This document shows positions 47,715 through 58,044 of a stretch of 64,000 bases of DNA, one piece after another. Numbering within the stretch: position 1 is the stretch's first letter; each line of letters begins with the position of its first letter. The notes beneath the pieces were generated by a model that was not told the DNA's origin, did not search any database, and was given only the letters and a program-made list of their open reading frames with translations. This DNA is from a bacterium (GTDB lineage Bacteria; Desulfobacterota; DSWW01), in NCBI GenBank assembly GCA_040756235.1, contig JBFLZG010000122.1:31101-95100 (forward strand), in the 5' to 3' direction. The translations under genes were made by a program, and so were the position numbers.

Positions 47715-48918
47715 ATGAAGGCTGTGGAAATGGGAATACAGGAAGTGAAAGACCAAGTAATTAAAGAGATCGAAGGGGACCCTTTCGACGACCCTTCCTC
47801 TTGGGACTTGATAGAGAAGAACATTCCAAAGGAGCACTGGGATCTATTCTTAGATCGTTCCAGCGCGGCTAAATTCCTGCGAGTGTTGCCACAAATTTTT
47901 CCATGCGAGAGTTTTTCCGCCGACCCAGAGGCCCAATCTTGCTGGGAGATGGTGGGCAACTTCCACAAGAATGTTTGGCGCCTTCATGAAGCCCTCTCCA
48001 TATACTTTGGGTTGTATGACCATCTCATTGCCGCGCAAGCAGCCTGCGGAAAGAGACGGAGAAAGGGAACACCTCTCGTCTGGATGAGCGATTGCTATTC
48101 CCAGATGAGCTTCCCTGTTCATGCCAAGCGGTGCCTAATGTTGGCTCTGATTGAAAATGCCATACATGAAGAGGGCAACGTTCCTCCAGATACGACAGGA
48201 ACATACTGGCGCCTGGTCTTTAGGCACGGCCTTCCGGATTCTGAGATCAAGCGGTACGGGAAGATGGCTTATGAACTCTGGAGACAAAACCAGGATGAAG
48301 CCATGTTTCCCCAAATGGGTTTTGCAGGAACTCGACAATAACTGGATGACGGAGCTGCCCTCGCCTGGAGAGACGGGAGTTTATTTCGTGAACGAACGGT
48401 ATGTCGGATGGCTGTTATCAAAGCTTGGCACGCAAGAAGGTAGGATTTTGGAGAGACTCGCCGACTACCTTCTCTCCTGTATGCCGGGATGCAGGACAGC
48501 TCGACGAAAGAGAAGCCCTTCGACTGACTATGATGTAGTCTGCTCCATGGACGGCTTTGATCTGGACTTTCGCTCCGAACTGGGGAGGTACTTCATCTGC
48601 GAATGCAAGGATTGGGATGAGCCAGCCGACTTCACCGCCTTTGCGAAGTTCTGTCGCGTCCTTGATTCGGTCAAATGCCGTTTCGGCATTCTATTTTCCA
48701 AGCACGGGATAAAGGGGCAGGGTAAAAGGCGAGATGCAGACCTAGAGCAGATAAAGGTGTTTCAGGATCGGGGCATGATCATCGTTGTTGTTGATCAAAG
48801 CGACCTTGAGTCCGTCTCCAAAGGGGCAAATCTGGTCAGTATGCTTCGCTCAAAATACGAGATGGTCCGATTGAATCTCACCGGAACCTACGAGGGTGAC
48901 AAGGATCGCGCATGTTAA
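47715..48918 (+). pseudogene. Mrr-like PD-(D/E)XK restriction endonuclease-domain protein, split by a one-base frameshift at about 48310
   Basis: ORFs 47715..48341 and 48151..48918 join at TTTCCCCAAA. The C-terminal part has LE.L..YL, DYDVV, ECKDW and GILFS. Confidence 0.7.
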
Positions 48919-51900
48919 ACCCGATCACCTTCACGGAAAACGTCGTCAGTGACTTCCTCCGCTATCAGCTCACTACCTACCCGTTCGCAGACAGAGCCCT
49001 GCACGATCAGATGCGGCGGCTCCTCAACCTGGAAGAGACGAGGGCTTCCCCTCTTCTCAAGGGCCCTTACATAAGTCTGAGCCAATCGTTCCGCCAAGGG
49101 GCCGGCCTAGCCGGTCTGGCAACAGAGGAAGTCCTCCATCCTCACCTACCCAACATCGTCTCCCATTCCTTCCTGTATGGCCACCAGGAGACCGCGATTC
49201 GTGCGATCACGGCAGGGCGGACGACCGTGATCTCCACCGGAACGGGGTCTGGAAAGACCGAATGCTTCCTTTACCCGATTATCAGCCGCTGCCTGAAGCT
49301 CCGAGACCAAGGGGTACCGGTCGGGATTGTCGCCGTCCTGGTTTATCCCATGAATGCGCTGGCTGAGGACCAGCTCGGCCGGCTGCGGGATCTGCTGGCC
49401 GGCACCGGGGTCACCTTCGGGATGTACATCGGTAAGACCCCTGAGCGGCTGGCCGATGTCCCGGGGAGGCGTTTGGCCTCAGGAGCCTCTCGCGCCGACT
49501 ACCACAGGGCCCTGGAAAAGGCTCGAAGTGAGCGTCAGCTGTACGCTATTTACCCGCCCGAGGAACGCACGGCCAGGGATGAGATGCGCAAGGCTGGGGG
49601 GCAGCCGCAGATTCTCCTCACCAACGTAAAACAGCTCGAGTTGCTCCTCACCCGACACCAGGATGTGGAGCTCTTTGACAACGCCCACCTGGATTTCCTG
49701 GTATTCGACGAGGCGCATACCTTTAGCGGTGCGGTGGGCGCAGAGACGGCCTGCCTGATTCGGCGGCTTCGAGCTTATTGTGGGCGGGGGCCGGGTGAGA
49801 CAGTCTGCATCGCAACTTCCGCAACCATCGCCGACCCCGTGCGGGGCCCGGATGCGGGCCGGGAATTCGCAGCTCGCTTCTTCGGTGTGCCTGCTGACTC
49901 GGTGACGCTGGTCGGAGAGGAGTTTGAGCCGGATCTCTGGGCGCCTAGCCGAACAACTCCGGGGCCGCTGCCGGGGGACCCGGCGGTGCAGCTAAGGACT
50001 GTACTCGATGCTGTTGCCGGTGTGGAAGACGATGGTGCGACGCCGAATGCCACCCGCCTCTTGCAGAGCGTGTTTCAGTCCATGACCGGGTCGCGCCTTG
50101 ACCTTACCCGGTGGCAAGAAGCTCTGTACGACCGTCTTGCCGCCAATGAGGTTGTCTACCAGATTGCAGAGGCCCTGAGGGTGCCTCGATCGATTTCCCA
50201 ACTCATATCGGAACTCGTCGAAAAGGTTCGCCGGCCTGTACCTGAAGAAGAGGTGCTGGCGTGGCTGGCTTTCGGCGCAATTTCACGGAAACAAGGGCGA
50301 CCGCTTTTGCGTCCGGTTGTTCACGGTTTCGTACGGGGCGTGGCTGGCGCGGTGGCCACCTTCCCCTCGACCCAATCAGGGGCCAAACTGTGGCTTTCCG
50401 CCGAGGAGGCTTTCGAGGCTGGGGAGACTCATTTCCAACTGCCGGTACTGACGTGCACTACGTGCGGTCAACACTACTACGTCCATCATGCAGCTGATTT
50501 CCATTTTCTTGGCAAGACCCCCGAAGGGGGTGAAGCGGTCGACAACCGTGTGATCTGGCGGCCACTGGCATTTGGCCAGGGTGGACAGCGCCTGGTGCTT
50601 GTGGATCATCTGGTGACGGATTCCGAAGCCGAGGAGGAATCCCAGACGAGCGAAGAGAATCCGGCGACACGCCGGTGGGGAGAGGCCGTCTATTTTTGTC
50701 GGAAGTGCGGGACACTGCATCCAGCTCAACAGCCCCGGTGCGACGGTTGTGGAAGGGAGGGCCCGTTGGTGCCCCTCATCGCAATCCGCCAGCGGCAGAA
50801 CGCGGAAGGACATCTCGCCTCCTGCGTAGCCTGCGGGGCACTCGGCCGGCAGCGAGTAGGAGGCTTCCGGGAACCGGCAAGGCCGGTTCGAGCTGTTACC
50901 GTTTCTGATGTGCATGTGCTCGCGCAGAACATGATCCACTATGCCGAGCGGCGGCGCCTTCTCGTATTTGCGGACAACCGGCAGGATGCGGCTTTTCAAG
51001 CCGGCTGGATGCAGGACCATGCGAGGCGATACCGTCTGAGAGCCCTTATGCACCAGAGGCTTCTGACCGGTTCCGTTTCGGTCGGTGATCTTACCGCGCA
51101 CCTTGACGAACTCCTCGAGCGGGACGATGACTTATCACGGGCGCTTGTGCCGGAGGTCTGGCGCGTTCACCGGAAAGAGGCCGAGGGAGTTCGGCATGCT
51201 GAAGAGCGGAAGCGCTTTCTCCGCATCCAGATCCTGCGAGAGCTTGTGACGGGCATGCGTCAGCGGATCGGCCTAGAGCCGTGGGGCAGGATGACGGTGG
51301 AGTACGCTGGCCTCACAGATAATCTCGGGTTCATCCAGTCCTGGGCGCCTGTGCTGACTACGTCGCCTGGGGATCTCGTCTGCGGGGTGGCGTCGCTTTT
51401 GGATATCGTCCGCCGGACCGGGATTCTCCTCGACCGCGAAGGACATGTCTTTTCACGGTTCTGGCAGGAAGGAGATTTCGAAATCCAGCGTGGCTACCTG
51501 CCCCCGATGCCCGGGATCCCGAAGGGCCTCAAAATCAGGCGAGACCCCGATGACGATGCAGCCCGCGTGCAGCAATGGCTGAGTGAGCGTGGTGATACAT
51601 TGGCGAGGCAACTTGCAAAGCGTTTCGGCGTTCCTTCGCGGGACATCGAACGTTTTTTGGAGGAACTCTGGGGCCTTGTCGTCGACGAGCTTGGACTGCT
51701 TGTTACCGTAACGCTGACCGGTGCCAGGAATCGGGCGTTACCTCGCTGCGCCGGTAGTTATCAGATCGATGCTGACAAGCTGCGTCTTGCCGCTCACCGG
51801 GGGACCTTCCGATGTAACAGGTGTCGGCGAATGCACCTCAGACCCACACCGCACATGACCTGTGTGGCCTGGCGGTGCAGCGGGAATCTCGTGTCTGAGG

Positions 51901-54338
51901 AAGAGAGCGGAACGGATTATGACCTTATGGTTCTGGACCAGAATTTCGCGATGCTCCGGCCCCGGGAGCACTCTGCACAGATCCCCGCTGCGGATCGTGA
52001 GATCTTGGAACGGGCCTTCAAGGGTGAGCACGATCTCGTTAACACCCTCGTCTGCACGCCTACACTGGAACTGGGCGTGGACATTGGAGCGCTCGACGCC
52101 GTACTCATGCGCAATGTGCCGCCCCTGCCGGCAAACTACTGGCAACGGGCAGGGCGTGGAGGGCGGCGGCATCGGATGGCCGTCAACCTCACCTACGCGA
52201 GGCCGGCAAGCCATGATCGGGCACATTTTACGGATCCACTTAAGCTACTTCAAGGCTTGATCTCACCGCCGCGCTTCAACTTAAAGAACGAGCTGATGGT
52301 GCGTAAGCACGTGCATGCCGCAGTGCTTACCGTGCTTTTCCGACTAAGTCGCCCCGGCGGCCGGTTAACGGAGGAGGACCGAAAGGAAGTTGAACAAGCA
52401 CTTAAGCACTGTTTTCCGGTTCAGGTTAAGAGCTACCTTTTTGACGAGTCGGGACATGTTCGCACGTCCCCGTTCGATTTTGGACCGCTGGCGGGCATCG
52501 TTTCCAAGCATGAGGTACGCATCCTTGGGCATGTGGCGGAAGTGTTCCGGCAGGGTTGGCCTCCCGAAGAAGCCCAAGTTGTCACTATGGAGCGGCTTCA
52601 GGGGCTAATTGTAGGTATTGCCGAACGGCTTGCAGAGGTTGCAGCACGGCTCTCACGCAGGCTGCACTGGGCATTGGACCAAATGCAGCGCTTGGATGAG
52701 GTCCGGAGCCGCAAGGGCACACTCGATCCGGATGAAGATGCACTTCGCTCACGTTGCGATCGACTGGTCAAGAAGCTCAAGGGGATCGAAACTAGGCGGC
52801 AAAGAGAAGCCGAAGGATACGATGATACGAACACGTATGCCGTTCTGGCGGTCGAGGGCTTTCTCCCGGGGTACGGGCTCGATGTTGGCATGGTGGTCGG
52901 CTTCCATCAGGCTCCCCGATACGGAACTGATCTGCGAGACTGGGAACTCAGACGGGCGCTGGCCTTGGCACTTCGCGAGTATGTTCCAGGAAACCTGATC
53001 TATGCCAATGGTCACCGCTTCTTCCCTCGGTTTTTTCACCTGGAGGCTGTAGAACCCACGCTCTTCCAGGTTGACCCTGCAAACGAAGCGGTTGTCGAGG
53101 TAGGGACCGCACCGTCAGGCGGCGCCCTCGGTCTTGGCGCCTCGGTTATGCCGGCGGTACCCATTTGCGACGTGGATCTTCCTCACCAGTCCCACATTAC
53201 GGACGACGAGGACTATCGGTTCCAACTCGCGGTCTGCGTCTTTGGATATGAGCAGCCCCGGCATGGGAAAGGCAAAGCATACCGCTGGGGGCCAAAAGAC
53301 CTCCTTCTGCGAAGTTCCGTTCACCTCCGGCTCGTCAATGTGGGGGCCACGCAACTTGTGCGGGCTGTCGGACGCCTCGGCTACCCTTTATGTCTGGTGT
53401 GCGGGCAGAGCCGATCCCCGTTGGCCTCTCAAGCTGACCGAGACCAATTTGCAGCAGACCACCGCGAGCGCTGCGGCCGGCCCGTAGAGCCTGCGGGCTT
53501 TTTTGCCGACGTTGTGGCCGATGCAATCCGACTGGATGGCTGCGAGAACCGCGAGGAGGCCTACAGTGTAGCAGAAGCTCTTCGGATGGGAGCCGCCGAG
53601 ATCCTCGAAATGGAGTTGGAGGATCTCCAGGTACTTGCAGTCGGCAGGGCGGGTAGCATCGGGGTCGACCTCCTCCTGTATGACCCGATGCCTGGAGGCT
53701 CTGGGCTCCTGGAGCAGATGACCGCTCGCTGGCCAGAAGTCGTAAACGCCGCACTTGAGATTGTGGACGGGTGCCCCTCCAACTGCCCCACCGCCTGTGT
53801 GGACTGTCTGTACACCTTCCGGAACGCCTTCTACCACAAGCATCTTAATCGCCACACGGCTGCGGAGCGCCTTAGGGCCTGGGGCGGGAACCTGGCTCTC
53901 TCCCACGAGGTGCCTCCCAGACTGCCTTCATCTGAAGCCGGGCAACCGGATCCAGACAAAGCTGAGAGCACCTTACGTGAACTGCTCGTGCGTGCGGGAT
54001 TCCCAGACCCAGCCGGTCAGAGGACCATCCGACTCGGACTTCCCTTGGGTTCAACAACTCCGGATTTTTTCTTCGACGACCCGACCGGCAGGCTTGATGG
54101 AATCTGCATTTACCTGGATGGCATGAGTAAACATATCCATGGTAACCCTGCGACGCAAAAGCGCGATCGGGAGATCCGCGAAGAACTGCGCCACAGGGGC
54201 TACGAGGTCATCGAGATCCCCTTCGGAAACCTGACTGACCGGCAAGCGATGGCCCGCCATTTCTACCGGCTCGCGCGAATTCTGCTGGGTAAAGAGAGGG
54301 CCAACGGGCTCCGCGAAGATGATACTTGGTTCGGGTAA
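48912..54338 (+). CDS. DEAH-box (YprA/DrmA/DruE-like) helicase fused to DUF1998 and a C-terminal Vsr/DUF559-like nuclease domain
   Basis: TGTGSGKT, YPMNAL, DEAH, SAT, TLELGVDIG, QRAGR; YD..PGGSG...C..C..AC..CL; PDF...IYLDG...H...RD...R..L...GY.VIEI. Confidence 0.85.
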   Translation: MLNPITFTENVVSDFLRYQLTTYPFADRALHDQMRRLLNLEETRASPLLKGPYISLSQSFRQGAGLAGLATEEVLHPHLPNIVSHSFLYGHQETAIRAITAGRTTVISTGTGSGKTECFLYPIISRCLKLRDQGVPVGIVAVLVYPMNALAEDQLGRLRDLLAGTGVTFGMYIGKTPERLADVPGRRLASGASRADYHRALEKARSERQLYAIYPPEERTARDEMRKAGGQPQILLTNVKQLELLLTRHQDVELFDNAHLDFLVFDEAHTFSGAVGAETACLIRRLRAYCGRGPGETVCIATSATIADPVRGPDAGREFAARFFGVPADSVTLVGEEFEPDLWAPSRTTPGPLPGDPAVQLRTVLDAVAGVEDDGATPNATRLLQSVFQSMTGSRLDLTRWQEALYDRLAANEVVYQIAEALRVPRSISQLISELVEKVRRPVPEEEVLAWLAFGAISRKQGRPLLRPVVHGFVRGVAGAVATFPSTQSGAKLWLSAEEAFEAGETHFQLPVLTCTTCGQHYYVHHAADFHFLGKTPEGGEAVDNRVIWRPLAFGQGGQRLVLVDHLVTDSEAEEESQTSEENPATRRWGEAVYFCRKCGTLHPAQQPRCDGCGREGPLVPLIAIRQRQNAEGHLASCVACGALGRQRVGGFREPARPVRAVTVSDVHVLAQNMIHYAERRRLLVFADNRQDAAFQAGWMQDHARRYRLRALMHQRLLTGSVSVGDLTAHLDELLERDDDLSRALVPEVWRVHRKEAEGVRHAEERKRFLRIQILRELVTGMRQRIGLEPWGRMTVEYAGLTDNLGFIQSWAPVLTTSPGDLVCGVASLLDIVRRTGILLDREGHVFSRFWQEGDFEIQRGYLPPMPGIPKGLKIRRDPDDDAARVQQWLSERGDTLARQLAKRFGVPSRDIERFLEELWGLVVDELGLLVTVTLTGARNRALPRCAGSYQIDADKLRLAAHRGTFRCNRCRRMHLRPTPHMTCVAWRCSGNLVSEEESGTDYDLMVLDQNFAMLRPREHSAQIPAADREILERAFKGEHDLVNTLVCTPTLELGVDIGALDAVLMRNVPPLPANYWQRAGRGGRRHRMAVNLTYARPASHDRAHFTDPLKLLQGLISPPRFNLKNELMVRKHVHAAVLTVLFRLSRPGGRLTEEDRKEVEQALKHCFPVQVKSYLFDESGHVRTSPFDFGPLAGIVSKHEVRILGHVAEVFRQGWPPEEAQVVTMERLQGLIVGIAERLAEVAARLSRRLHWALDQMQRLDEVRSRKGTLDPDEDALRSRCDRLVKKLKGIETRRQREAEGYDDTNTYAVLAVEGFLPGYGLDVGMVVGFHQAPRYGTDLRDWELRRALALALREYVPGNLIYANGHRFFPRFFHLEAVEPTLFQVDPANEAVVEVGTAPSGGALGLGASVMPAVPICDVDLPHQSHITDDEDYRFQLAVCVFGYEQPRHGKGKAYRWGPKDLLLRSSVHLRLVNVGATQLVRAVGRLGYPLCLVCGQSRSPLASQADRDQFAADHRERCGRPVEPAGFFADVVADAIRLDGCENREEAYSVAEALRMGAAEILEMELEDLQVLAVGRAGSIGVDLLLYDPMPGGSGLLEQMTARWPEVVNAALEIVDGCPSNCPTACVDCLYTFRNAFYHKHLNRHTAAERLRAWGGNLALSHEVPPRLPSSEAGQPDPDKAESTLRELLVRAGFPDPAGQRTIRLGLPLGSTTPDFFFDDPTGRLDGICIYLDGMSKHIHGNPATQKRDREIREELRHRGYEVIEIPFGNLTDRQAMARHFYRLARILLGKERANGLREDDTWFG

Positions 54339-54537
54339 GTGGGGTAGGATTGCTGCGGTTCCGGGGATCAGTAACCCTGGCCTTCCAGCCATAGTATTCG
54401 AAAGCCGTGAAACCGCATAGCCTCCAATGGCCCCTGTCATGAAGCAGGTCGACTTCACTCCTCGCTCCTGCTCCACACATCGAACCCGGTATGGGCCCTG
54501 CCCGTTTGAGCATTTGCTTCACCTACCCTGTCCACTC

Positions 54538-54987
54538 CTACGGTGACACCGGGTTCTTGTCCCTCCACAGTCCCCGTCCTTCGGCGCGTGCCTCATCTTC
54601 CAGGCGCCTCCATTCAAGGCACATAGGCCTCTTGCAGTACCGATCATAGACCCAGGCGAACCCGGCCCGGAGGATCTCGGCATTGAGTATCTTCCCGTCC
54701 TCAAGTCTCACGATACCCACCGTCCTGCCGTACTGGTCGATCTCGACCGGCTCGACGTCCACGGTCTTCCCGAAACACAGGTCGGAGGTCAGCTGTTTCG
54801 CCTTGGTCCCGAACGCCTGCCCTTTCTCCGGGCAGTCGATCCCGTAGAGCCGAACCTTGATGGGTGCTTTCTGGTTCATGACCGTAATGGTGTCCCCGTC
54901 GGAAACGCCCACGACCTTTCCGTGCCAAGTGGAAAGGGCAAGGGGCAAAACGAGGAGAAACATGAAGGCCGGTAGGATCCGGCGCAT
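54538..54987 (-). CDS. Thermonuclease (SNase-like), secreted; the last residues appear clipped by a TAG
   Basis: Signal peptide, VSDGDT, VRLYGIDCPE, DQYGR, EAR...RGLW; ends P-TAG-E-W where PWEW is usual. Confidence 0.85.
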   Translation of the reverse strand: MRRILPAFMFLLVLPLALSTWHGKVVGVSDGDTITVMNQKAPIKVRLYGIDCPEKGQAFGTKAKQLTSDLCFGKTVDVEPVEIDQYGRTVGIVRLEDGKILNAEILRAGFAWVYDRYCKRPMCLEWRRLEDEARAEGRGLWRDKNPVSP

Positions 54988-55098
54988 GGAGACGAAAGAC
55001 CCGTGGGCAGGGGACAGCGGCTTCATCTCAAACCCTAGCCCAAGCGCCCAAGCTCATACTCACCTTCAGGCGCACAGCCGCCCTCGACATCCGTGCGG

Positions 55099-55659
55099 TC
55101 ACTCCCCTTCCTTCTTTAGTTCCTCATGGAGAACGATCTGCATGGCCTGCTTCACGGCGTCGGGAAGATCAAACGATTCGGTCAGCTTCCCCTGACTCAG
55201 CAGGGAGATCATGGTCCTCAGGCTGTCCATCCTGCTCCTCCCCTCCCTTACGAGCTCCTCGAACCAGGTATTCATGATCGTTTCCGCGATCTGGAGATCG
55301 TCCTCGGCCTTCGCCTGGTCCTCCATGACCCTGTAGACGGCGTCACAGACCTCGTCCTCATCCTTGTAGGGATTGTGGAGGTCACACAGTCCGAAGAAGG
55401 TGCCTGTCGCCTCTCCTTGGGGTCCTCCCTTTGCGTAGGATACAGATTCCTCGCCGGTCAGGAAGAAACCCCAGTGCACGGACGGCCGATCGCAGAGGAG
55501 ACACTTCTCGATGCGGGCGGAGTCCGGAGTTCCTTCCGAGATTGCCCCCTCACTGATCTCCCTCAAGCTTTCACCCGGCTCGCCCAGGAAAACCCCTCCT
55601 CGGTCGTAGATCCGGGCGACCCTGTTATCGATAAAGATCCTGCGTTTGCGAAGAAGCAT
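55099..55659 (-). CDS. Hypothetical protein with a CxxC...CxxH motif
   Basis: CLLC...CDLH; acidic helical C-terminus; start codon uncertain. Confidence 0.5.
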   Translation of the reverse strand: MLLRKRRIFIDNRVARIYDRGGVFLGEPGESLREISEGAISEGTPDSARIEKCLLCDRPSVHWGFFLTGEESVSYAKGGPQGEATGTFFGLCDLHNPYKDEDEVCDAVYRVMEDQAKAEDDLQIAETIMNTWFEELVREGRSRMDSLRTMISLLSQGKLTESFDLPDAVKQAMQIVLHEELKKEGE

Positions 55660-55845
55660 TGCGATGCTTTCAGGCGAGGTAATCTTACCAGACCAGGGAC
55701 AGGACCCTCATAGCAGGTTGGGAGGTATATGCCAAGGGAAAAGACTGCCTCGTCGCCTCTGAAAAGATTTGGAGGTACGCTGGGGATAGACACGTTCACG
55801 CACCTGTGGCATTGTCGACGGGACGAAGACTTGAAAGGCAGATCT

Positions 55846-56300
55846 ATGGATCCCTTCATGCAGGCAGCAATTCAGGAAGCGAGGGCTGGTCTGGCGGAAG
55901 GTGGCATCCCGATTGGCTCCGTTATTGTACACAGGGCCGTATCATCGGCCGCGGACACAACCGCCGTGTCCAGCGCAGTAGCGCGATCCTGCATGCGGAG
56001 ATGGACGCCCTCGAGAACGCCGGTCGCCGACACGCCAGCGTTTACCGAGAGTCGGTGCTCTACACAACGTTGTCGCCATATGCAATGTGCAGCGGAGCCA
56101 TTCTTCTCTACGGCATTCCTACGATCGTCGTGGGCGAAAACCAGACCTTCATGGGTGAGGAGGAACTCCTCCGGTCACGCGGGGTGCAGGTGAACGTTCT
56201 CCAGGATCCGCGCTGCGTGGAGCTGATGCGCAGTTTCATTGCAGGCAAGCCCGAACTCTGGAACGAGGATATTGCCCTGGGAGAAGACCAGAATCGCTGA
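55846..56300 (+). pseudogene. Cytosine/nucleoside deaminase, frameshifted
   Basis: MDPFMQAAIQEA..G..EGGIPIG, frameshift at about 55935, then GHNRRVQ..HAEMD. The PCxxC motif reads PYAMC. Confidence 0.85.
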
Positions 56301-56399
56301 TTCTCCCCTTTACATCAGCCCAGACTGGTCCCGGTTCCGCAGAAATTTGGGACCGCCTACAAATTCACGTTCTTCAGCTCCGATCCCAGGAGCCCTCGG

Positions 56400-56852
56400 A
56401 CGGCCACTTTCAATGCGGCGCGAACGTCATCATAGATGAACGGATCCTTGCTCGCCCGCGGGCCGGCGACATTCAGGATCCGGATTCCCTTCCCTCGAAT
56501 CCAGAACATAACCCCTTGCGCCGGCCTGTGCCGCGGTCATTTGATCGAGGTCGAGGTGGATCCACGGTTTCCGGTGCTTCCTGGCCAGGGTGCGGGTAAG
56601 AGCCGATCCACCGGTCAGCGGCCCGTGGGAGAAGATGAGGGTCCCATCCGAATCGACGACGTTCTGCTCGGTCCGAGCTTCGTAGCTGCGGGTGGGCATT
56701 TCCTTGAGAAGGTACCGTCCCAGAAGCGGCACACCCTCAGTCAGCCTGCCCTTTGGAATCCATCCCCCATGCAAGATGCCCATCTCAATCGCAACGTCCA
56801 GGGCCGCTTGGTCGGCGCCAGTTTGACCGCCGGAAATGATCTACTCGAGCAT
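56400..56852 (-). pseudogene. SLOG-family putative molybdenum carrier protein, inactivated
   Basis: MLE*IISGGQTGADQAALD, GGWIPKGR, RTEQNV.DSDGTLI, then a frameshift before LNVAGPRASKDP. Confidence 0.8.
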
Positions 56853-57183
56853 GGCTCGTCCTTGCCTCTACACGGGCGCGGTGAGTGTAGGCATCCAGGA
56901 ACGGCGCACCTCCGGCCCGCCCTCCCCACCTGGCGCACTGCAGCAGAGGCTTGGCCCCATCTTGGTAAATCGGGAACATGACCTATCCTCAGAGCCCGAA
57001 GTAAACGTCCGGTGTGCCCGCACCGGTGCATATAGGTCCTACTGCAAGGATCCGTGGTCATCAAGAGAAGCCGTTTGACAATTCCGATGGCAGCCAAAGA
57101 CCAAACCCAAGCCCGCACCCACCCCCACTAACGGGGACACCGCCCCGCTTCCACCCAAAGGAAACGCCTCCGCAAAAGACCCG

Positions 57184-58044
57184 TTACCCCCTTAACACTC
57201 TATATCCCCTGTTCCCTTCCTCCCAGTCTCTCATCGTCTTGTAAAGTCCTGTATTCACGAATTCGTCGGAGCTGTAAGCAAGCCGCAGACTCCGCTCGAG
57301 TACCTTACGCGCAACCTCGGTCCCTTTGCGCGCCGCCAAAGTCCTCTGGAGCCCCAACGAAAGAATCTCCAGAACATCATGCCCACAAGCTACCTGCCAT
57401 GGATCGTGCCTCCCAGAGCGAGCAGCTTCAATCTGCGACACAAGCCACTCCCCGCTCAACCGATGTGCCATCGAGTGATTCTTTACTTCAGACACCAAGT
57501 CCTGAACACTAACTTCGAGGGTCCTCCGATCAACGAATTTCCGGAACGTCAATCCATCGAAATCCAATCCAAGACTGTGCTTGCTCGACACCCACCGCAA
57601 GTAGCCGACGTTCATTGCGCTCTTAACAAGCACCGAGGCTATTGCGCTCCCCCTTTCACGTGCGAAATGATCCATCCCTTCCTCAGTTCCAAATTCCCAC
57701 AACACTTTATTGAATGCGGGGGAGGCACACATCATGCACTCGACGTCATGCATGTCGGTTATAATCACATTCCTGGGCAGAACTGGGATACCTTCAAGGT
57801 GGTAAAAGTCCGCGTCCACAATGGTGAGCACTCCACAGCACCCTTCACCATTGAGAATTTCCTGAGCTCCGACAGAATTCTCCTTTCCATGCCCAATTAC
57901 GATCTTGCACGATTCGCCGTGGATAAATCCAGAGAAGAAGGATTTGTCACTCGGCCCCTCAACGATCAGCATAGCGCCGCTATGATGGGTCCGCATCATG
58001 CGAACCTCGTTTGCAATGGTGTGCTTTGATATATACTGCTTCAT
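57184..58044 (-). CDS. DUF4435 TOPRIM-like protein (PARIS AriB-like)
   Basis: IVEGPSDK, IVDADF, HDVE, GHD; overlaps the ABC ATPase stop. Confidence 0.75.
   Translation of the reverse strand: MKQYISKHTIANEVRMMRTHHSGAMLIVEGPSDKSFFSGFIHGESCKIVIGHGKENSVGAQEILNGEGCCGVLTIVDADFYHLEGIPVLPRNVIITDMHDVECMMCASPAFNKVLWEFGTEEGMDHFARERGSAIASVLVKSAMNVGYLRWVSSKHSLGLDFDGLTFRKFVDRRTLEVSVQDLVSEVKNHSMAHRLSGEWLVSQIEAARSGRHDPWQVACGHDVLEILSLGLQRTLAARKGTEVARKVLERSLRLAYSSDEFVNTGLYKTMRDWEEGNRGYRVLRG

Noticed and set aside
54538..56852. In-frame TAG codons as stop-codon recoding or pyrrolysine
   Set aside because: They replace different expected residues (Trp, Lys), co-occur with frameshifts, and TAG ends many intact genes in the window.
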